Origin: Octopus vulgaris
Lineage: Eukaryota
Direction: 5' to 3'
Assembly (NCBI GenBank): GCA_951406725.2
Contig: OX597826.1
Span: 3,658,001-3,722,000 of the forward strand
Length of the DNA stretch: 64,000 bases
The notes under the pieces are model-generated. The model searched no databases. It was not told where the DNA came from and saw only the letters and a program-made list of their open reading frames with translations. Numbering within the stretch: position 1 is the first letter of the stretch; each line of letters opens with the position of its first letter. The position numbers and the translations under genes are program-made. Positions 13,246-27,789 of this stretch are shown in pieces.

Positions 13246-13428
13246 TCAATCGGGTTGCCGAGTGGGTCTATAGTTCTTGTAGTTTGCATAAATTTTATGC
13301 ATGCAATTTGGGGAGTGTTCTGAGATCTTGTTGAGGAGATGGCCTTTGGCGAACAAGATCTCTAGGCTCTCGGAAATGCAAAGGTCACAGCAGGTATGGC
13401 CTCCTGTGTACGAACGCGCCTTCTGTAA
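13246..13428 (-). pseudogene. C-terminus of a PLE (Neptune-like) GIY-YIG endonuclease ORF
   Basis: Reads LQKARSYTGGHTCCDLCISESLEILFAKGHLLNKISEHSPNCMHKIYANYKNYRPTRQPD*. This fits the PLE pattern A..Y..G...C.LC..E...I......LLNK.sE....C.H. It is absent from the ORF track because it has no start codon. Confidence 0.8.
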
Positions 13429-13430
13429 TA

Positions 13431-13822
13431 CTCTTTTACTCTTTTACTTGTTTCAGTCATTTGACTGTGGCCATGCTGGAGCACAACCTTTGTTCAAAGA
13501 AATCGACCCCAGGGCTTATTTGTTGTAAGCCTATCGGTCTTATTTGCCGAACCGCTAACTTACGGGGACGTAAACACACCACCATCTGTTGTCAAGCGAT
13601 GTTCAGGGCCAGACAGAGACACACAAATACACACGCACACACACGTATGTATATACATGCATATATACGACGGGCGTTTTTTCAGTTTCCTTCTACCAAA
13701 TCCACTCACAAGGCTTTGGTCGGCCCGAAGATATAGTAGAATACACTTGCCCAAGGTGCCACACAATGGCACTGAACCGAGAGCCATGTGGTTGGGAAGC
13801 AAGCTTCTTACCACACAGCCAC
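13431..13822 (-). mobile_element. SINE family D (abundant octopus-type SINE)
   Basis: Head gtggctgtgtggtaag..ggttcagt..ggcaccttgggcaagtg, tail (gagtaaaa)n. Homologous copies at 20750, 52714 and 57915. Confidence 0.9.
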
Positions 13823-14734
13823 GATGTTAACATATTGCCAAGGTGATATTCGCCTCAACTTAAAATTCTTCATCGCATTGCAACTTCGACTACAGGCATA
13901 TTTTTACAAGAGGAATTACGGCTATCTCAGAAAGTAATTATTATTACAAAGTCAGATTCAATTTTTTGGTTTTTAAAATATGCCAAAACAACAGCCGTGG
14001 AAGGGACTAGCCAAATGCACACACACCACGAATCACGCCTTTAAAATCACCTTCCTTTAACATGTCTGTATCACCAGTTTTGCCTCCATACGAAACCATT
14101 GTTATGGATATTATTCTAGAATATATAAACTTTAAAATCAAAAACCGCAGATTGAGAAAGCGTTTACTAATTCCCTTAGCACTCATTATAACACAACAAA
14201 CAGTTTTGTCGAGAATAGAAAAAAAAACTAGCGGTCTCATGTTGAATGTTATTCAGGTATCGCTAGAGATTCTAACAAAACCTGTGACAATACATATTTG
14301 GCTAACAATACCTGCCTGTATACAACAGGTGTCATTAGGTAAACCTCTGGGAAAAAGATGCAGTACGCAAATGAAATTAACAGCCCAAAGTAAGCAGTCT
14401 TGAACAACAACATACTGAAATTATCAAAATATAATACCACTCAATAACTCATGTTAATTTCCACCATAATGTGTGAAGTGAATATTATAGTCACAGAAAA
14501 TCAACTCTTATGAAATAAATAAGTAAAACCGAAAAATATATGAAGCTTTGATCTTCCTCACTCTTTAAAAGGAAATGGGGTTTTGAAAGACGATCTCAAA
14601 TGATTGAGTGAAAACAGTAACAAAGAATATTTTGGATATCCAATAAGTATGTATGAATTTGTACAATAAAATTTACTGTAACAACTCTGAAAATTTTACT
14701 AAAACCGTGGATAAACTGTAATGTTAAGTTAAGT

Positions 14735-15050
14735 TAATTTTTTTGTCTCAAAAAGCAAAAAGCAAGGCCATGTAGGGGGGCATGGAGTTATGTATAGGGT
14801 GGTGTTCATACAAAGAGTTCAGGCCATATGTGGTCAAGAGAGACGAAGTCCCCTAGAAGACCTAGGAAAGAAATAAAAGACACAAACGTTTTACAGTCAT
14901 TCACAGTTCTATATTTAAGAGATGAGGAATTATGTACATTGTTTACATTACTTACATTATTTACATTTGACGGATATGTGTCCAACAAATAAGATGAGTC
15001 AAATATCCGTCAAATATAAATAATGTAAATAATGTAAATAATGTACATAA
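14735..15050. mobile_element. PLE-type terminal repeat fragment with an inverted partial copy
   Basis: 14905-14985 is the reverse complement of the tail at 36135-36205. It is followed directly by the same sequence in plus orientation (caaatatccgtcaaat..aataatgtacataa). Confidence 0.65.
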
Positions 15051-15149
15051 ATAATGTATATACCTGGCCAATATGTCAAACTGTTATGCGATACAACACA
15101 AAATTGTTGTAGCCTTGAATGAAAATATTACCTTGATAGTATATTTCGT

Positions 15150-15350
15150 GGCGAGCTGACAGAATCGTTTTTTGCGCCGGATAGATGGCTTTGAATCACT
15201 TCATCCTTCTTTACGTTCCGAATTCAGATTCTGCCTCGGTGGAATCTGTCTTTAATCTTTTTGGGATCGATGAAATAATACCAGTTGAGGAGTGGGGTCG
15301 ATGTAATTGACTGACCTCCTCCCTCAAATTTCAGGCCGTGTTAGCTATGG
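15150..15350 (+). mobile_element. SINE family C, degenerate
   Basis: Reads ggcgagctgacagaatcgtt...ttacgttccgaattcagattctgcc..gggatcgatgaaataataccag. Confidence 0.7.
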
Positions 15351-16610
15351 AAACAATTTACTCTCTCAGTTACTTTTGATTCCACCAACACAATTTGCAG
15401 CTAAGTAAAGAAACAAAGTTTAAAGTAGCATGTGAGGAGGAAAAGGAGTTTGAAGAGTGCCGAACAGTTTTTCTCGAATAAAATTCTGCTTCTATTTCTG
15501 TATAGTATTTACAGTACAGAAAGGCATATATTACATTCTTCATTCATGATTGCAAGGGGAAAAAAAGTGTGCACTTAGTGAATGTATCTGCTATTTTTTC
15601 AATTTTTTGCGAAGCCACAAAGTTTCGGTCAATATTCACTTATCTTACTTACATAAGAAATAATGCCTGTGACGTTCTAAATCTTTGAATATGAAGTATT
15701 CTAATGGAACACTGTCACTGTGTAACCTCATTATGTATGCCTAAACCCAGTATCTTTTCTCTTACAAAGCAATGGTTATGTATTATAGTCTGCTATAGCA
15801 GCATATGAGTAGAAACTAATGCTTTTTGTATCCAATTGAAAAACCGGCAATTTAAATATCTACGATGCTGAAAAACAACTAGACGTCACAATAATACGAT
15901 ACATCGATTGGATGCACCCATAAATGTGTTTATATGAGACGGTTGGACACAATAAAACATTTCTCAAAATATAAACATTTACATCAAAGAATAATACTTC
16001 AAAGAACAATATATCTCACCAAAAAATTACTACAAATGCTTTGGTACCGATGAAAATACATTGTATAAAAGTTGCGTGAACTAGAATAGAGTAAGTAAAG
16101 ATTAATACACCAAAGTTAAATATATATATTTAGAGCTTCCAGATTACACTAAAGCACAATATCGCATATGCAGCGCCAGTTCCACTACTGGCACAAACGT
16201 TCGAGATTTGTGACTGGTCTATCTATTAATGGAGTCCACTCGCTCTAAATTTATATGCAGATATTCACATGGAATAGAAACTGCAGTTGCAATGTAATTA
16301 TCTGTAGGTGGTAGCTCAGAGGTAAAACAAGGAAAAAATTTAATGTTAATTCAAATGAGCTTGTGATCGTCTTATGATATCACACAGAGAGCAGTTGCAA
16401 AAGTCCGACTGTATTAACAAAATGCTCAAATTTCTCAGAAAATTTCCCAACAAGTGCCCAGATCCAGATGATATTCCTGGCATTCCTAGAACTTTTAAAC
16501 CCTAAAATTCTCGAGGAATAATCTGCATACCCAAAGATTAACACAATGAAATATAATATATAACTATATAATAGTAATTTGTGATTTTCTTTACCGCAAA
16601 AATTAGGAGG

Positions 16611-16935
16611 AGACCCCATTCGTTCATGATGACTATGGGATTGCACCTAGAAAGTTACCCTCCGAGGCACAAGTCAGGGCTGGATTGTTTGTGGAAGTCT
16701 AGCAGTGGCCCATGCATACCAGCCTCCTCTCTCCACACCACTAATGTTATCCAAGGGAAAGGCAAAAGCCGATACAGCTTGGCACCAGTGATGTTGCAAC
16801 ACATTTCTACAGCTGAGTTAACTGGAGCAGCGTGAAATAAAGTGCCTTGCTCAAGAACACAACACACAGCCCGGTCCGGGAATCGAACTCACAAACTCAA
16901 CATTGTAAGCTCTACGCTCTAACCACTGAACCGCA
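16611..16935 (-). mobile_element. SINE family F
   Basis: Minus-strand head with gagttcgattcccggaccgggctg and cttgagcaaggcactt. Homologous to 10468-10775. Confidence 0.85.
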
Positions 16936-17976
16936 AACAGTATGCTGATGATAATACTGACAATAAATGCGTCGGACTAGTGGCTAGTCAGTCTATTGTT
17001 AAATCTTTGTAATATAATAATTGGAGATAACTCTTGAAAATCTGTTGAAGAGACAATGCAACACATGAACACCAAGCTCTGCTCGAAACTGTCGATTGTT
17101 TTACTAAAGAATTAAACACTTTAACAGTCAACTGTAATTAAGACAGTAATATTCAATACTACACTGTAATGTAGTTGAAAATTTATTCATATTCGAAGAC
17201 GATTTTGCTCTTGGAGAATATAAAGAACATGAATATAATGAGTTCATGCATATGCTTTGATATAACGAACACTGAATGGAATAATCAAACCCGAACGTTA
17301 GCTGAACGTGTGTCAACTATTTAAAAAGAAACGGTCGGACAAACTGGGAAAGACCAGTTTTATGTAGAAGAAAAACAGTGCTTTAAAAATGCACAGTGCT
17401 TTTAATCGCTGCGAGACAATTTTGGGGAAACTGCTTTTCTCTTCAGAAAACCATTAGATTTATACATAAAATAACATAGCCTATTTTTGTTATAATATTA
17501 CTTGTTTTGATAATATAGTATCCACGAAGACAGTGCATACATGCAAAACGAAAGACTACGCAACACACCTTTTCAAAGTGGAATACGAAAATCAGCAAAC
17601 AGAATAAAAAATATTTGGCACAATGTTATACATCCAACAAATAAGATAATGTATTTTTCAGAAAATTCTAGCAATGGAATTTTATTTCTTTTTAGACACA
17701 AGCAAATTCTTTGTACGAAGAATTCAAAATACCAACAAGGGATTAACGTGAACATACTCAGAAAACTTAGACACATATATCTAAAATGTTATTATTTCTG
17801 TGCGTGTCAGAATGTGTGTGTTTTCCTATATTATATCAAATAAATTTGACACGTGCTCATACTGAACATTGTTTTCCTAGCCGTTAGATAATTCTGTGAT
17901 CATTGGGTTTAATAAATTATACATATACGTACACGAATACATAATGTATATATACATATATATATATATATATCAT

Positions 17977-18037
<61 letters not shown>

Positions 18038-18060
18038 ATATCTATCTTTCTCTCTCTCTC

Positions 18061-18156
<96 letters not shown>

Positions 18157-18178
18157 TCTACCTATCTAGCTGTCTCTC

Positions 18179-18215
<37 letters not shown>

Positions 18216-19624
18216 ACATACACACACACATACATAAATATGTTATATACGCCACATATCGACACACATATCAAAGACACATTGGTGCCATACTTGCTGT
18301 ATTCATCTTTAGGTCAAACATAGAGAGATCATTCTAACACCTTTTATATTATATATCGTTTCTCTATAAAGTACAAACAACATGTCTAGACAGTCTCGAC
18401 GTAACTGTAAAAAGTGTTTCACCCTTGAGAGATAGAATTATCTTCCAATAGATGTAAACGAAAATATTTTATATGAAAAACACAAAACTACAAATTCACG
18501 GATAGAGCTATAAAATTTCTTATTACAGAATAACGATTCGTGGAATTATGTACAATAAAAATTAGATAATTATATATATACTCTCTTATATATTCATATA
18601 TATATATATATAACGCAAATTTTAGAAGCACACAGATGTATAAATACACAGACAACACACGCACTTACGCACACACAGACACACACATAAATATTTGTTT
18701 GTATGCAAACGTATACCTGTTCATATATAAATGTGTTTTGGCATAATACATAATAGAAATACTATTACATACACACACCTATTAAATATAGACATATGTA
18801 TAATGTTCGAGCCTGCATGTGTAAGTAACATCTTCCATATGTATTCTGTGTGTGTGTGTGTGTGTATGTGTGTGTGTGTATGTGTATGGTGTGTGAGTGT
18901 GTATGCAAGCGAGGAAACGTGCGTGAGGAAACGACAAACAGCTTATACATGTTCAGAGTGAGGCTGATCCGCCATATGTTCAGAATCCTCTTCGTCGCCG
19001 TTAGTTACCTGTACTTTCTAAAATACCGGCGCAACGAAGTTTTAAATGTAGTTGTAATCCCGAAAATGTGAGAACTAACCCATACATATTACATATATAT
19101 GTCTGTGTGTCCGTATGGGTATGTGTTCGGTATATGTGTACATGGATGTGTATAGATATATATCAATATAAGAGAGCGAGTGTACTCTGTTAAGACACCA
19201 GTAAAAAGGTATGTTTTGTACTTACACAAACGTTTTGTGTAAGTATTAGCAATTGCTGCTAGCTCGTCGCTTGATTGGTCCTCAACGAATTATCATACAT
19301 AAATTACAACTTGTGTAATATCCTTTGCGATTTGAATGAAGTGTGTTGACTATAGATATGATTTTGTGAATTATAAATATAAGTGCATCTCCTTCTATGT
19401 GATGTGTATGTTTGTGTGTCTGCTTTTGAGTGCATTTATGTATGTATATATATATACACACACACACTTACACACAATCATATATACATATACCTATAGT
19501 GTGAGGGAGAGAGAGAGAGATGGAGAGATGAATGTCTCTCTCGCTCTCTCTCTTTATATATATATATATATTGTTTTTCTCCCTATTATATACATTATAT
19601 TATTCTTGTAATTTACATAATCTT

Positions 19625-19827
19625 TACTTTTTAATTGTTATTTTAATTTTAACTTTTCTATTATATGTAATTTTCTAGATGGTGTAATTTAATTATTCAT
19701 TTTGAATCGATAAAAGGTGGGTTTTTTTCTAATATTTAAATATATTATATTGCGTGGAATTTGATTTAGTATTTCTAAATTGAATTCTTTTCCCTTGTAA
19801 GTTTGGATTTTATTCCCTCAAATAATA

Positions 19828-19830
<3 letters not shown>
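19625..19830 (+). repeat. AT-rich dispersed repeat between (TA)n tracts
   Basis: aattttctagatggtgtaatttaatt..tttga..gataaaaggtg..ttttctaat recurs as its reverse complement at 22030-22130. Confidence 0.6.
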
Positions 19831-19915
<85 letters not shown>

Positions 19916-19924
19916 TAGTTATAT

Positions 19925-19955
<31 letters not shown>

Positions 19956-20217
19956 TAGCTATAGACATAGACACACACAGATACACACACATATAGGGAG
20001 ATAGAGGACAGATAGACAGGCATAAATTCCGTCACATCACATTGCCCAGGCTTCGATCCTATCGAACACGCTATAAGTGGAGAGATAGAAATGACCCGTA
20101 CAGCTCAAAGACCACAGGGGCTGCTTACAAAGATATCAGGTGAGGCAGAGACTGCCATTTGGGCATTGGTATGCTCAGACTAAATGTTTCTCCAGTGGAA
20201 AGGACGAGAAGAATACT

Positions 20218-20402
20218 CTTTTCTACTGAAGACACAAGAGGCGAAATTTGGGGGGAGATAGCCAATCGATTAGATCGACCCCAGTGTGCAATTGGCGCAA
20301 AATTTATCGACCGCAAAAGGATGACAGCAAAGTCGACTTCGGTGGAATTTGAACTCAGAACGTAAAGACAGACGAGATACATCTAAGCATTTCGCCCGGC
20401 GT
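20218..20402 (-). mobile_element. SINE family C
   Basis: Matches 6443-6649. Confidence 0.85.
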
Positions 20403-20439
<37 letters not shown>

Positions 20440-20677
20440 GATAAAGTGATAAGATGTTCGTGCCGCACAACAAATCACTCCCTACATGAAATAGGTATTG
20501 CCCAGATTGGTGCATGGTGTACCACGTGTCAAGTGACGAAGTGATCGTGGAGTGTCATTAGACAAAATGTTTTACTCAAGAACACGATTGCCAGATCGTG
20601 AGTGCAACACGCTAACCACTAAGCCATAAGACCTCACATGCTCACACACACACACAGACGCACACTCACACACACAA

Positions 20678-20728
<51 letters not shown>

Positions 20729-20749
20729 TATATTTGCATGCATATCCAT

Positions 20750-21165
20750 GTAGGAGTGGCTGTGTAGTAAGTAGCTTGCTTAAGAACCACATGGTTCCGG
20801 GTTCATTCCCACTGCGTGCCATTTTGGGCAAGTGTCTTCTACTATAGCTTCGGGCCGACCAAAGCGTTGTCAATGGATTTGGTAGACGGAAACTGAAAGA
20901 AACCCGCCGTATATATGTATATATATGTGTGTGTGTGTCTGCGTGTGTGTGTATGTTTATGTCTTAGTTTGTCCCCCTCAACATCGCCTGACAACCGATG
21001 GTGGTGTGTTTATGTCGTTGTAACTTAGTGGTTCGTCAAAAGAGACCGATATAATAGGTACTAGCCTTCCAAACAATAAGTCCTGGGATCTATTGGCTCG
21101 ACTAAAGGTGGCGCTCCAGCATGGCCGCAGTCAAATTACTGAAACGAGTAAAAGAGTAAAGAGTA
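20750..21165 (+). mobile_element. SINE family D, near full length
   Basis: Reads gtaggagtggctgtgtagtaagtagcttgc...ccgggttcattccc...gagtaaaagagtaaagagtaa. Confidence 0.9.
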
Positions 21166-21904
21166 AGCGTATGTATTTATGTATGTATGTATGTATGTAT
21201 GTATGTATGTATGTATGTATGTATCTATCTATCTATCTATCTATCTAATGGGTGTGTTTGGTCTGCTCGGTACACAATCAAGGTTCTTTCGAATATTCAT
21301 TCAATAATCTTGTAATCACAAGAAATGAACGAGTCGTTGTGAATCAATGGTGACGGCTTTCATCGGTCATTTGATATGGTGGAAATATCAAGCCCTTATC
21401 ATTTAGCAACAACACTGTCTCAACAATAGAAAACACAAAATGAAAAACTAAATTTCCTTGTAAATAAGTTTATATCAGATGGGATGACCTAGGGAAAGAT
21501 TACAGCTAGAACAAGTACTGTAAAATTATTGATAATCTAATGGAATTTTAAATGTTATGCATTATGAAAACTAAAGCTTTGGTAACAGAATATAATTATA
21601 ATTATATTAATACCCTTCGGATGCTCTCCCCACCCAGCGAGTAGCGAATCTTGCAGTCTCAAAATTAATTCAATAACTATTCCCATATCGGATAGGAAAA
21701 TGTCAAATATCATATATCTAAAGTTAATTAAACTTCCATTTTTAAGTCACTATCAGTAAAATATGTATATTTATTGAAAGCTTAATTAAGTATATATATA
21801 GTTAGTCATTTAAAACCACGAACTATTGATTTCAATTGTTTTCCAGTAAATCTAATTATTATATTTTAATATGTAACAGTTATCATTGAGATACCATTAT
21901 CCTT

Positions 21905-21977
<73 letters not shown>

Positions 21978-21996
21978 GTGTGTATATGTATGTATG

Positions 21997-22036
<40 letters not shown>

Positions 22037-22889
22037 GAAAAAAAACACCTTTTATCAACTCAAAATGAACAATTAAATTACACCATCTAGAAAATTATAT
22101 ATAATAGAAAAAATTAAAATTAAAATAATATATATATATATATATATATTTATGTATATATTTATATATGTATTTACATATTTTATATATGTATATATAT
22201 ATATTTATGTATGTATGTATGATTGTATGTATATATGTGTGTATGTGTATATGTATGAGTGTGTATGCGTCTGTGTGTGTGAGCGTTTTTGTGTATCGTC
22301 TGCGTGTATACACACAGAGGTGACAAATATATATGTATACTATTATATGCATATATTCGCATATATATTCATATGTATGCACACATATACACGCATGTAT
22401 ATGAATTCTTACACACACACACACACACAATCACATACAGACAGACACACACACACACACGCACATATATATATATAAACATTCACGCCAAACTTAGCAG
22501 TACGTGCCGTGCGTTAGCGATGTGTTTTACGTGCCTCTATACTCACTGGAATGTATAGACACTCTCCAAGGCAAAGAGCCGAAATGTGACAGCTGTAGTG
22601 CCATTGCTGTGATGGCACTCGGTTCCAAATGACTAGAGGCTTGCTTCAGGACACATGGCGTCACACTCAAGGAATCGAAACAACAGCGTAAGGACAGCGA
22701 CCCCACTTCAACATTTCTGACCATTACCCCATAATCGTGTGTTTACATATATATATATGTGTGTGTGTCTAGAGGCAAAGAAAGAGAGAGGGAGAGAGAG
22801 AGGTAGTGGAAGAGAGATACATACATGCATACGTATATAAATGTGCATATACGTAAATATCTACATATGTATATGTGTGTATATATGAA

Positions 22890-22928
<39 letters not shown>

Positions 22929-23009
22929 GTATGTATATATATATATATATACATACATACATACATACATACATGCAAGCATACATACATCCACACATAT
23001 ATACATATA

Positions 23010-23052
<43 letters not shown>

Positions 23053-23149
23053 ACATACATACATACACACATATATTTATATACACACATATATGTATAT
23101 ATATATATGACATATATATATATATATATACGTATATATATATATATAC

Positions 23150-23204
<55 letters not shown>

Positions 23205-24711
23205 GTATTCCTAATCAATAGAAGAACAATCCATGAGCGCAGTTGGAATGCGTCTGTACATAGAACGCTTTTATATAAACACATTATTTTGTGTGTGTGT
23301 ACACACATATACGTTTGTGTGCTTATTATGATTGTGCATGTATGCTTGTAAAACATATGCATATGTGTGTGTGGATGATTTATTTGGATGCTAAAGTCGT
23401 TTGTACTTAAAGAATCAGTCGCATTTGAAGTTGCACTGACTTCAATTCTGTATTCCAACTTTGCGAATCAATAAATTAGAACTTCAGTCAAGTACTGGAC
23501 TCATTATTATGCAAATTTATCCCCAACCAAAGCTTTCGGCTTCTCATTTCGTTAATAATTATTGTTTATTTTGAAATATTTGCATCAACGTTTTCGATCT
23601 ATTTGGTGAAAATCAAATTGATGTATGGAAGAAGAATCTAGCGAAAGTTAAGCAATTATTGCAGCCGAATTTATCCCGTTAATGGCAACCAATATTGGGC
23701 TTTAAAGAGGGTGAAAGGAAATGTTAGGCCCTAAATATTAGTTTCAGTTCCTTCGACAATGTTCCGTTCAGTTTCTGTCAACGACAAAGGACCTGCTCCT
23801 GTTGTTCTCTGCAAATGAACAAATCGGTAATCTCATGATTCCGAAGGGAATCGTATTCGAGTAATTCCATGTAAGTTTCTCTTCTAATTTTATTACTTGC
23901 TGAGTATGAAGGGGAATTTGAAATCGTATTTTGCTTTCTAACAATGCTCCTAATTTAGTATTCAAGCTGGGTCAAATTTCAAGTTTTCTCTATAAACAAA
24001 CCTTAATTTTTGCACCTTATAAGGTATTATATTAAAACCTAACCTTTCTTTCCTTGCAGAAAAAAGTGACTAAGACAAAAATATCCTCTCGATGGATTTC
24101 TGCAGTTAAACTTTGGAGTATTCGATAGAGGTTATCTGCAGAACCAATACTATCAATAGTGTAGCTAAGATGAGTGTTAAAGAATTATATATTGTAGTCA
24201 TTTTGTCGAACAAGGAAGCTATGTTAGTTACATAGATATTGAAAACGGGTTTGAACAAGGTTTTCTCTCCTTGTTTTTTTTTACGTGCCCCTTTCTGTAG
24301 AAGAGGGTAGGCTCGAAACGTAAAAGACTGTTTTTATGCCCGAGTTTTGTACACCACCTGTCTTCGTTTTTCGCTTTTTTCTTAAACTCTCCCTATATAT
24401 ATAGTGAGTGTGTATATTTGGCAAAAAAGACAATCCTGAAATACCCCAATATCTGTTTCAAGACACGATTTCACATCAGGTAACTTGCAAAACGAATTAA
24501 TTAATAGACAAACAAGGGAGTCAGAGAAAGGCAGAATGCTACTTATATCTGAACACTACTATAGAAATATTCCTTTAAAAAAACTTTTCTTCTAATTTTT
24601 CTAAATTTAATTATTTAATCGTTACAGTTGAAAAGGTCTCAAAATGACCGAAACCGGTACTGAAATGTTCACTATAAAATTATTTTAGCATTTTCTAATT
24701 TTGACTTGTTT

Positions 24712-24813
<102 letters not shown>

Positions 24814-25019
24814 TGGAATATTATTATGTAACATATAAAAATAATGCCTCTAATCAGTATCGTTCCAACATTACTGGCAAATATCGACTCTCCTCAGGTC
24901 TGTGTATCAATCGAAACGCTGGATGTTAGTATCGCTCAGCGGGTGTCCGTGGACAGAGTTCATAATATAAACTGCAAGGTTATTAACTAAATGGAATTAA
25001 TATAATGTATACACACAAA

Positions 25020-25195
25020 GTGATGAGCTGGCAGAATCCGTAACATGCTGGGAAAATGCTTAGGGGCATTTCATCCATCTTCAGATCCTTAGTTCAAATT
25101 CCACTGGAATCGATCTTGCCTTTTATCATTCGTGGTCGATAAAATAGATGCCATTTCAGCACTGAGTTCCATGTAATCAGCTTACGATCTCCCTT
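25020..25195 (+). mobile_element. SINE family C, degenerate
   Basis: Reads gagctggcagaatccgtaacatgctggg..agttcaaattccac..gtcgataaaat. Confidence 0.65.
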
Positions 25196-25254
25196 ACAGT
25201 CCTTTGTAAAGAAGACAAGAAAGGAGACAGACAATCATAGACGCGTATGTTTGA

Positions 25255-25447
25255 AATGTGTAATTAAATCTGAATGTACGATGATGTATGATTAAATGTG
25301 AACGCATGCATCATTAAATGAAATGTATGATTAAACGTGAACGTATGATGTGAACGCATGTATGATTAAAGGATGTGTATGATTAAATGTGAACGTATGA
25401 TGTGAACGCATGTATGATTAAATGAAATGTATGATTAAATGTGAATC
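25255..25447 (+). repeat. Short imperfect tandem repeat
   Basis: Recurrent tgtatgattaaatgtgaacg(t/c)atg modules. Confidence 0.8.
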
Positions 25448-25984
25448 TGCGAACTTACAAGATAGACAAATGACTGCCAACTAATATCAAAATATGAAAT
25501 CTCCTGTTATCACAATGCCTTCTCTCTACAACAGTCGTTTATTATTGAGGTTGTGTTTATCTTCAGTGCCAGTAAAAATATTTGCCTCAAATTAAGTCAC
25601 GGAACTTGACCAGGTATAACTATGCCACCACAGAATTAACATGTTGATATGCAGAAGTTGAATGTCACATACATGGTGTTATGCTTGAGCTAGGAATACG
25701 AACACACATCTCTATAACGGTTGGCATGTATTACACAACAACATCGACAACAGAAGAAACACCCAGTAATTCTTCGTGTTGTAAATCGTTTGCATTAACG
25801 CTCCTAATTTTTATTTTTTTTTCTGTGCTCTTCTCATGATAATCATACCATTTGCTTTTTGTACAACAAAACATCTTCAAATCATTCAGCGATGTAAATT
25901 TACCGTCAAGTAAAACACACACAAGTAACACGCTCGCTCATACGCATACACAAACACAGACACACACACACACACACACTCGCT

Positions 25985-26039
<55 letters not shown>

Positions 26040-26589
26040 ACACACACTCCATAGTCATACGCACACGCACACGCAGAATACACAGAAGTACATAGAGCTG
26101 AAACACCCCACTCTGTAGCTATGAAGCTAAACAATAATTCAAAGAGAATCAATTGATATATTTGCATATTTATTTGCATGGAAATTCATGAAAGCTCTCA
26201 TTCAACAGTTTTTTTTATTCCTCAGTCGATCGGTTCAGTAATATCGATCAGACATCTCAGTAAACTTACTCAGCGCATACATGAACGTTTAACTCCTATA
26301 GACTGCATTTACTAACTATATTCATCATTTAGTGCTTTTTTCTATGAGACAGATCGACCTGTTTGAAATGGTGTCCAATTCTCACTCAGATCCAATCCCA
26401 CAATTTATACAAAACAGTTATATTATTTGATATGATCCGATATACCTCCAAAAGGACGGACTTTCCATGGATGCAATGTCATTTATCATAGTTTTGCAGG
26501 ATTACCTCTGATATTATATCTATATATCTACTTATTTAAATTTATATAAATAAGGATAAAATCGTTATTTAAATACCGATCTTATCAGG

Positions 26590-27039
26590 TGGTCAGCATG
26601 AGAATTAAAACCTTCAAAGTTAATAATTATTATTAAAATTATAATTTAGGGTATCTAAGAGAAACCACCACGCTCCAAACAGCAGCCAAAACTTCACTCA
26701 AAACCACATTAAATGGTCATGCAGCACCAGGAGAGAAAAGACAAAGAGACAAAAGAAACTAGCAAAAAAAAAGGAGTCAAGTTTTGGCTGCTATTTCCAG
26801 CGTGGTTGTATCTCTTAGATACACTCAATTATATTTTTAATAATAATTATTGCCTTTGAAGATTTTTATTTCCATGCTGGCCATCGTTATTTGTATAAAT
26901 TATTTATTTGTATTTATTTCGTCATTATATTCACTGCGATGTTATTTTGACCATATCGCACGAGAGGTTTTAGGCGGGCAATTTAAACTGGTCGTCTGCA
27001 TACGTACATATATATGCATGTATACGTTCGTATATGTAA

Positions 27040-27119
<80 letters not shown>

Positions 27120-27330
27120 TTATGTGCTATCTGAGTATATTCCACCGATGAAGGAAGAGCATATCTTATGCAGAACAGGAAATTCGGAATCTGGAATTTA
27201 TCCAGTGATTTTTTGCTAGTTTATTTTGTCTCTTTGTCTTCCCTCCTGGTGCTGTATGAACATTTACTGTGGTTTTAGAGTCAAGTTTTTTGCTGCTATT
27301 TCTAGCGTGGTGGTAACTCTTAGATACAAA
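26590..27330. mobile_element. PLE-type terminal repeat family: inverted pair plus a third copy with a degenerate HHR
   Basis: 26590-26700 and 26773-26885 are reverse complements. 27210-27330 is the reverse complement of 26650-26770. An HHR-like motif lies at 27139-27197. Confidence 0.7.
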
Positions 27331-27461
27331 ACCATGCCTCACACTGATAGATCTGCAATAGAATGATTCACAGTGTTGAAGTGGATGGCCACATTTTGGC
27401 TTGGCATACGTAGCATTACGCTTCTGATGTGTTCGCGAAAACAATCCGCCAAGTCGTCGCC

Positions 27462-27540
<79 letters not shown>

Positions 27541-27673
27541 TATACATACGTATGTATATATGTATATATATACATATATAATGTATATATATATGTATAT
27601 ATATGTATATATATATATATATATACATATATATACATATATATACATATATATATATATATGTTTGTGTGTG

Positions 27674-27748
<75 letters not shown>

Positions 27749-27789
27749 GTCTATATATATGTTTGTATATATGTTTAAAGGCTCAGATG

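Larger units (their letters stand above)
10897..13428 (-). mobile_element. Penelope-like element 3' portion: GIY-YIG C-terminus, microsatellite-rich spacer and pLTR with hammerhead
   Basis: Protein remnant at 13246-13428, HHR at 10980-11030 and a downstream AATAAA, all on the minus strand. That they form one element across the microsatellite block is an inference. Confidence 0.65.

Noticed and set aside
24850-24930. Further HHR-like half motifs (also ~3430-3465 minus and ~60085-60155 minus)
   Set aside because: Core or stems are too degenerate to distinguish from chance by eye.
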